DNA of 32,000 bases, taken from the NCBI RefSeq assembly GCF_000400465.1, contig NW_008806278.1, forward strand, positions 110,582 through 142,581. The letters run 5' to 3'. The stretch comes from Wallemia ichthyophaga EXF-994 (Eukaryota > Fungi > Basidiomycota). The translations under genes were made by a program, and so were the position numbers. This document shows positions 24,728 to 32,000 of this stretch, piece by piece. How positions within the stretch are numbered: position 1 is the stretch's first letter; each line of letters starts with the position of its first letter. The notes below the pieces were generated by a model that ran no database searches, was not told the origin of the DNA, and saw only the letters and a list, made by a program, of their open reading frames with translations.

Positions 24728-24903
24728 CTAGAAGGGTTGTGAGTGGGAGTTGTGTGGGTGCAAGACACCAGAGCAGATTTGATCAGTAAGAGATTCCTGT
24801 GTCTGCACGTATAGTTTGATTATCTAGCTACTAAGACGATTGACAGATTGATTTGGATTTTTGATATTCCTCATTTCAGCCTGGTGTCTTGTGCGCTACT
24901 CAC
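24728..24903 (-). other. RPB11 5'UTR intron 1 (176 nt), snoRNA host
   Basis: GTGAGT donor at 24903, CTCAC branch-like motif at 24743-24739 (the same variant occurs in the KAP120 and NOP58 introns), TAG acceptor ending at 24728. Confidence 0.7.
24780..24878 (-). ncRNA. Box C/D snoRNA, SNORD110-like (guide for SSU U1231 yeast / Um1288 human equivalent)
   Basis: C box variant ATGAGGA (24874-24868) and D box CTGA (24786-24783), closed by a TGA/TCA stem in kink-turn geometry. 14-nt antisense TCAATCTGTCAATC (24851-24838) is complementary to SSU GAUUGACAGAUUGA and is followed 2 nt later by D' CTTA (24835-24832). Flanked by an 11-bp perfect inverted repeat. Confidence 0.8.
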
Positions 24904-24945
24904 AATTATTTTTATAGTGGGTGTACGGGAGAAGGCGCGCGGTTG

Positions 24946-24960
24946 TTTATATAGGGTGGG
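24946..24960 (-). promoter_or_regulatory. CCCACCC-TATATAAA promoter element for the snoRNA-host/RPB11 transcript
   Basis: TATATAAA at 24953-24946 lies about 43 nt upstream of the first donor. It overlaps an ACCCTA core resembling telo-box or Homol-E elements. Confidence 0.55.
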
Positions 24961-25370
24961 TGGAATAAAAAATGGAAAATATTCACATGTTTTCTTCCAC
25001 GGTGTTGATGGTGCTATGAATAGCCTTACCCACACCGCAGTCACTGCCGCGTTTCATGCCGCCTGCACTTGATAGCTTGTACCTGAGTGGGTGGAGCAGA
25101 AGCCATAGGAGTTAGTCATAGGAGGTAGCTAGCGCATAATAAGCCCACGAATATTCTACCGCACCCACGATAATCAATCCCCTGCAGCTAAAATCTTCGT
25201 CGCTAAAACCCCTTTAGCCGCTCCACTGACAAGAGAATACGCTGTTGATTGCAAATCATCAGAAAAAACTTAAATCAAGTAGATAGCACGCTACTCACCT
25301 CAAAAAACTCCAAAATTCTGTACAAAACAAGCAACCACTTCAGTTCCATTAACGAGTACGATACAAGCAC

Positions 25371-27009
25371 ATGGATCGTCCTCAATCACCAGATTCTGCT
25401 CTACAAGTAGACAGGCACAGCGTCTTTTCAAGTTCACACTCTAAATCCCCTTCTGATGTCGAGTCTGCGAAAAACAAAGCAATTCTGACCGCGCAGACAA
25501 ACGAATTCGGCTATGTCCAGGAAATGCCCAAGCACCGCTCACTAGCGAGTATTTTGTTTCTTGCGGTGGCTATTGCTGCTATACCTTATGGTCTCTCGAC
25601 AACAATCCTCTATCCACTCACAAACGGCGGCTCGAGTGCTGTCATCTGGGGCTGGGTGATGATGGCGGTGATAACGCAGTGCGTTGCTGTCAGTCTGGCT
25701 GAGATATGCTCTCGCTATCCAGTGGCTGGTGGGGCATACTATTGGTCGTACATGCTCAGTCCGCCGCGCTACGCGAAGCTCAACTCGTACATCTGCGGAT
25801 GGGTGTATCTAGTCGGCAACTGGACGGTCACCCTCGCCGTCAACTTCGGTACCACGCAGCTCTTCCTCGGCGGGCTCAACCTGCTCTATCCTGACTTTGT
25901 AGCCAACCAATGGCAGACGGTGCTGACATTCTGGGCATTGTCTATAGTGACGACAGTGATAAGCTGCGTTCCTGGCAAGTATCTCAAGTATCTCGACCAC
26001 TTCTGTCTCGTGTGGACAGTCGCAGGGCTGCTCGCTATCCTCGTCGGGCTCTCTGTGAGAGCTGGCGCAGGGCGCAGGAGTGCGCGCTGGGTGTTCGGCG
26101 CTTTCGATAATGCAGAAAGCGGCTGGCCTAGTGGATGGTCCTTCTTTATTGGACTGCTTATGGGCAGCTATACACTCAGCTCAACAGCCATGATTAGCTC
26201 TATGTGCGAGGAGGTCCTCGATGCAGACACGGTTGTCCCTCGCGCTATAATGGCCAATATCCCACTCTCTTTTGGCACCGGACTTATCTTTCTCCTCCCG
26301 CTCCTCTTCACGATGCCCGCTGTGGATGCTGTCCTCGAGGGCACGAGCGGCCAGCCTGTCGTCGAATGCTTCCGCTATGTGATGGGATACGAGGGCGGGG
26401 CATTTGGGCTATTTTTTATCGTCTTCTTGATTGTGGGAGGGATTTTTGCTGGTATGCGTCTGACTGACACACACTCCATTACAGGGTATCTTTTCAGGTA
26501 TAGGTTGCACTACAGCGGCAAGTCGCCTCACTTGGGCATTCGCCCGCGACAATGCTATACCGTTCAGCGGGCTGATTAAGCAGGTCAACCCAACACTCGA
26601 ACTCCCCTTTAACGCTATCCTCCTGTCTACAGCCGTGCAGATGGTGCTTGGGTGTGTTTATTTCGGTTCGACAGCCGCATTTAATGCGTTTTCCTCGGTC
26701 AGCGTTATCTGTCTGGGTTGCTCCAATCTCGTCCCAATCACGATATCATTCTGTGAAGGTCGACATGCTATCAGCGATGCAAAATTTAACGCGGGTAAGT
26801 TAGGCGGAGTGTGTAACGTCGTCAGTATCGCTTGGTTCGCTTTCGCTATTCCCCTCTTCTGCTTCCCGACCACAGCTCCACCGACTAAGGAAAGTATGAA
26901 CTACGCCTCTGTCGTCTTTGTTGGGTTCCTCGCCATTAGCGCTGCTTACTATCTTGCTTACGGGAGGAAGAAGTTTGATGGCCCGCCGACGACCCACTTT
27001 AAGGAGTAG
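25371..27009 (+). CDS. APC-superfamily amino acid/GABA/choline permease (ACT family), ~530 aa
   Basis: Exons 25371-26451 and 26498-27009; 46-nt intron 26452-26497. About 12 hydrophobic segments; SLAEICSRYPVAGGAYYWS, MCEEV, SRLTWAFARDNAIP, MNYASVV. Confidence 0.9.
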
Positions 27010-27146
27010 CGGGTGCGTTTATGGAATTTTGCAAACTTGCACACTTTCACTCTCACTGTCTTTGATAGACATTCAGATTCACATAGACTTTTTTTCAATT
27101 TTTTTTTTTACTGCTTTGTTTCTACTATTCAACTCATTATACAAAA

Positions 27147-30111
27147 TTAAGACATGGTCTCATTAATAAATGCGACGAGCTGCGCAACGACAGTGTGATC
27201 GGCATTTGCGAGGAAAGACTGATTAAAAGCGTCAGGACCGCCCGGAAAGGATTGTTGGGCGTGAGCGAAGCTATGAGAGATAAGAGGGGGAATGGGGAGT
27301 GCGGCGAGGGGGTCAGTGGAGAAGAGGGTGAGTCTGCGCGTCTTCTCGCAAGTGCCTTCATCACCGACGGCGTTGAGGAGGGGGTGTGTGATAGGGGTGT
27401 GAGAGTGAGTGTGGGGAGTAGTTGAGTCGGGCTGCTCTCCATAAGCCACAGCATCCAGGTGATTCTCCCTAATCTGGGCGAGGATATCTACAAATATGCT
27501 ACTGAGCTCAGCAAGGCGAGTGAGAACGAGTGGTATGCCGTGCTCGACGAGTCTAGCTAGCCCAGCAGCTGCGAGAGCGCGACTGTACTCGTCGGAAATG
27601 TTATCCCACCTATCGCACCACCTGTCGAGGAGAGCGACGAGCGTGGTTTGTGGAGACACACCGAGCACCTCCGCGGCGCATTCGAGAAGATGTAGAAGGA
27701 GGGGTGTATCAACGAGGGCGATGCGCGCGCACACAACCACGAGCTGCGCAGAGAGAAGCACCGACTCGCTCTCAGAAAGCAGCTTGCTAACTATGGCAGG
27801 GAAGAGCCCAGAGGTGTGCATGTCCCCCCACCAGGTGGCAGGTGGGGCGATTAGGGCGGCGAGGTGGACGAGGTGAATTGCTTGTGCGCGTACAGCATCG
27901 CTCGCATACTCCACCACACCGGCGCACGCTCGGAACAGAAGCTGGGCTGTCTCGGACTCACTCACCACCGCCATCCCACTGAGATACATGTGCGACTCGA
28001 TGAGAGCGCCTGCTGGCTCGCTCAGGTCGACGTCGTTGGCGAATAGCTCCACCGCCAGCGGGAATAGCCCGTGGATGGAATCCGTGTGTCCCGCTGCGTG
28101 CTTGAGCGTAACCTGCCACAACTCTATCGCGTCCATGTCGATGTATGGTTTGCCCTGGGTACGTGAGTGGGTATGTGCGCAGCGCAGAGCATCAACCCAC
28201 CTGTGCTGGATCCAGCGCTGTGCGTATGAGCGGCACGACTAGTGGGAGAGCACGTTGGCTGCCCTCCTGCATAACGCACACGAGACGAGCGAGCAACGCC
28301 AGCATGCCGCCGCGAAGGTGCCAATCGGCGTCGGCGCTAGAATCGCCATCAGCCTCCCACAGCCCGCCTACCATTTCGAGGAGAGGAAGGGCGTGGGGCA
28401 TGGACATATCCCCGACTTGATCCACGATACACGTGAGGCTTGCGAGCACCTTGGTCTTGATTTCGCCCAGTGTGCACGCAGCGAGAATGCGCATCAGCTC
28501 AGCCACCACCGCCCCCATGTAGGGCTCGAAGAGGGCAGGAGCAAAGTCCCACGTGTCTACTATCCCAGCGAGGGCAATCGCAGCTGAAATCTGCACTGCG
28601 ACGTCGTTCTCGGCATCTTGCGCGCGCAGACAATGCAGTATGATTGTGTACACTTTCGTGCGTGCGCTTGGCGTGAGATTCTCACCAGCGAACCGCCCAA
28701 CGAGGATAGCTATGCGACGGCGCAGGATGCGGCCGTGGCCTACACTGTCCACCTGCACCTCGGGGATCAGCGTAGTGTCGAGCCAGCGCTCAAACGATAC
28801 GTGGTCATAGAGGTATTCTGCACACTTGGCCACTATGCGGTACACGCCCTCTTTGTAGATGACGTCGCTGCTCTCGGCGGCAGAGTGGAGGAGGGATGTG
28901 AGGTGCGCGCCAACGGCCCCACGTCGCTTGATTAGCACAGCGAGAACAAGGTTCTGGGCACACGGGCGCAGATCCACCTCCCAGTGGTCGAGGTCGTCCT
29001 CGTAGACCCAAGTCTCAGGATCAGATTCCCAGCGGGCGAGGTCGGCGGGAGTGAGAGGGAGGAAGCGGCGGGCGACAAGGTCGACGACTTGGACGGCAAA
29101 GTCGTCGGAGAGGGAGGCGTGTGGGTTGAGCTTGTGCGGCGCGTGGGGGACCCAGTCGGCGAGGGAGAGTTTGAGGATGAGGAGGGCGTGGATGAGGTAT
29201 TTAGGAGGGGCGGCGGGTGAGGATGGGTGCGTGCAGTGGGCGATTTGCGAGTACAAGATCGGTATAAGCGCCTCGATGCCTTGGATGCCGCGGAAACGGC
29301 CTTGATTGGACTGCTGGAGACGGAGGAGGAAGCGTGTGTGGGCGTTGAGAAGCTGGAGGGGCGGGGAGCGCGATGAGTGGGTGCAGTCGAGTAGGCGGGG
29401 GAGGAGGGAGAGCTGGAGCTGGGTGAATTGCACCGTGTTGGAGCGCTCATCGCCCGAGCACCGCGACCAGTTGTGGAGGGAGAGCGAGGCGAGCACCTTG
29501 TACGCGTACGTCGCCAGGGATATCCAATGGGGGTGGGAGGCTAGGTGGGAGAAGGCCAGCTGGTAGACAGCCAAAGCAAAGGGGAAGAGGGACGCGTAGA
29601 GAAGGGGGAAGACCCTGTTGGCGATTCTGATAGACGCGATTTCCTTGGTGATTCGGTGGAGAGCGTACAAGGCGTGGCTGAGCCGGAGGAGGTGGCCGGG
29701 CTCGCTCACAGCCAGCTCCGGAGACAGACGCGCCTTGATGTCGTCGACCAAGCCTGGCCAGAAGCGCGGGTAGTCGATGCGGGCCAATTTGGAGAGAATG
29801 AGCGCGTTGAGCTCGGTGAGCTTGGCGTCGGGGCTGTCGAAAAAGTCGAGGCAGCGGGCGCGGATGGCGTGCCTGGCCCCGGGGGACAGCTGGGGAGCAC
29901 GGATGTTGCGCCAGTAGGGAAGGATGTTGTTCTTCACGAGGAGGATCGCCGCGAGGGAGAGCGTCGGGTCGGGGGAACGCAGGGAGAAGTCGTGCAGCCC
30001 GTCCAGCGCATCTGGCTGCCTCACGAAGGCATCGACAGCGTCGAGTACATTTACGCCGTCATCCACAATTTGTGCACTTGCCAATTTTAATAAATTTTCA
30101 ACCGAGTGCAT
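27147..30111 (-). CDS. KAP120: Importin-beta family karyopherin, importin-11/Kap120-like, ~972 aa
   Basis: ATG at 30111 (the ORF-track start is a non-ATG codon 25 codons upstream). Exons 30111-28201 and 28154-27147; 46-nt intron 28200-28155. IBN-N region AILLVKNNILPYWR, SKLARIDYPRFWPGL, WESDPETWVYE, DLRPCAQ, ILRRRIAILVG, DFAPALFEPY. Confidence 0.85.
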
Positions 30112-30149
30112 TGGTTGGAGTGGACAGCGAACACCAACGACCAAGGAAA

Positions 30150-31803
30150 ATGCTGATTCTGTTCGAAACCTCACTTGGCGTGACACTGTTTAAAATTAAG
30201 GATGGCAAGCTCGAGGATCCCGATCTCCACAAGGAGTTCGCCTCCCCCGACTCTGCTTCGTCGGTGTGAGTAGACGCCCACGCAGCCAGCCCCGCTCACA
30301 CCCCACAGCCTCAAGCTCAAGGCCATTCACAAGTTCAACTCCACCACCGAGGCCCTCGAGGACATCACCCAGCTCCAGGACGGCAAACTGTCCAAGTCGA
30401 TGAAAAAATTCTTGCAGGACAACGTCGCCGACGACAAGAAATCCCAGAACCTCGCTGTCATGGATCCGAAGCTGGCTTCCACTATCGCGCAGAAGCTCAA
30501 CATCAACGTCGTCTCGGACTCGACCACGGTCGATCTCTTCCGCGGTGTCCGCCAGCAGCTCCCGCACCTCCTCAACGGCATCGAGCAGCACGACATGGAC
30601 ACCATGTCCCTCGGTCTCTCCCACTCCCTCTCCCGCTTCAAGCTCCGCTTCAGCCCCGACAAGGTCGATGTCATGGTCATCCAGGCGATTGCCCTCCTCG
30701 ACGACCTCGACAAGGAGCTCAACATCTACGCCATGCGTGTCAAGGAGTGGTACGGGTGGCACTTCCCTGAGATGGCAAAGATTATCAGCGACAACATCGC
30801 CTACGCCAAGATCATCAAGTTGGCTGGTTTCAGGACGAATATTCCGTCAACTGACCTCTCGAGCCTCCTCCCCGAGGATTTGGAGCAAGCCATCAAGGTG
30901 GCTGCTAACATTAGTATGGGTACTGAGATCTCTGACACCGACATTGAGCACATACTCAGTCTTTCTGAGCAAGTCATCAGCATCGCCGCCTACCGCCAAG
31001 AACTGTACGACTACCTGCGCAACAGAATGAACGCAATTGCACCAAACCTCACAGCTCTCGTTGGTGAGCTTGTCGGTGCCCGTCTCATCAGCCATGCAGG
31101 CTCTCTCACCACTCTCGCCAAGTATCCCGCCTCAACTGTCCAAATCCTCGGTGCCGAGAAAGCACTCTTCCGCGCTCTCAAGACGAAGCACGACACTCCT
31201 AAATACGGTCTCATCTACCACGCCTCCTTGGTAGGATCAGCACCACAGAAACTCAAGGGTAAGATGGCACGTATGGTGGCTACCAAGACCTCCCTCTCTT
31301 CACGTTTAGACGCACTCGCCGATGCTGAAACTAAAGCTGATATGGACTCAGCTTCTATCGGTATCGAACAACGCGCTAGCCTCGAGAGTAGACTCAGAGC
31401 TCTCGAGCGTAGCATTGGTATACAGAGGACACGCAATGAAAGTGATGTTGGTAGCAAGAAACAAAACAAATTCGATTATGACGCTTCTAACGGCAACGGT
31501 ACCGCTACTTACAACTCTAACACTGACAATCTCCTCCCTACACAACCAGCTCAGCCATCTAATGGTGCCCAAGGTGCAGACGGCCTCTCCGATAAAGAAC
31601 GTAGAAAAGCTGAAAAGAAGGCTGCTAAGGCTGCTCGTAAGAGTGAAGTTGGTGACGCAGGCGAGGATTCCGCTGCTCCTTCAAAGAAGCGCTCGAGAGA
31701 CGACGACGAAGATGTCGACGCCGATTCACCTAAAAAGGAATCCAAAGAAGAGAAAAAGGCGAGAAAGGAAGCTAAGCGTGCCAAGAAAGCTGCCAAGGAG
31801 TAG
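30150..31803 (+). CDS. NOP58: Box C/D snoRNP core protein Nop58, ~536 aa
   Basis: Exons 30150-30265 and 30309-31803; 43-nt intron 30266-30308. [35 protein letters not shown] (Nop58-type rather than Nop56-type), [19 protein letters not shown]-rich tail. Confidence 0.95.
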
Positions 31804-32000
31804 AAAAAAACTTTCGATAGAAACTACCTTGATTGTGTAATTTGTATTTATTTTCATTTCACTTGTCTCATATAAATTTGCAAATTTTGCATGTCTGTAG
31901 TGTCTAACCAGAGTAAGAATAATTCTTTGTATTTATTTCCGTTTCATCTACTACATAAAGTTTTGCATATCTGTTGCATCTGTTTTGGGGGGGGGGGGGG

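Noticed and set aside
24864-24871. ATATTCCT resembling the snR30/U17 m1 motif on the plus strand
   Set aside because: There is no m2 motif or H/ACA frame. It is simply the reverse complement of the C-box region of the minus-strand snoRNA.
27200-31250. Horizontal transfer as the cause of the GC island
   Set aside because: Both genes are eukaryotic housekeeping genes with host-type introns, the gradient runs through NOP58, and I see no flanking repeats or mobility genes.
31987-32000. Run of 14 G at the window end
   Set aside because: It is truncated by the window edge. It could be a homopolymer or a two-colour sequencing/contig-end artefact, and it is not a telomeric repeat.

Overview
Eukaryotic, very compact fungal DNA. 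The short introns and protein sequences look basidiomycete, consistent with a Wallemia-type genome, but the taxon is my inference. Manual splicing gives 15 protein-coding genes with 26 GT-AG coding introns of 43-56 nt, which is why the ORF track is fragmented. In order: SUN-domain protein (+), DPH6 (-), cytochrome b5-fused Delta8-type sphingolipid desaturase (+), MSH6 (+), calmodulin (-), SEN54 (+), TauD-family dioxygenase (+), Dnf1/2-type P4-ATPase (+), beta-NAC (+), SEC24 with an N-terminal WW domain (-), Stn1-like OB-fold protein (+), RPB11 (-), amino-acid permease (+), importin-11/KAP120 (-) and NOP58 (+). The two longest spacers hide three snoRNAs that the ORF track cannot show. One is an snR80-like H/ACA RNA with an extra 5' hairpin. 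The other two are C/D RNAs (snR38-like and SNORD110-like) in back-to-back 5'UTR introns of RPB11, separated by a 2-nt micro-exon or a recursive AG|GT site. Other highlights: four head-to-head gene pairs with only 15-55 bp between start codons, interlocked stop codons of STN1 and RPB11, and a GC-rich island over KAP120/NOP58. No mobile elements, CRISPR arrays, tRNAs or rRNAs were seen. All rRNA target sequences and family motifs are recalled from memory, not from a search.
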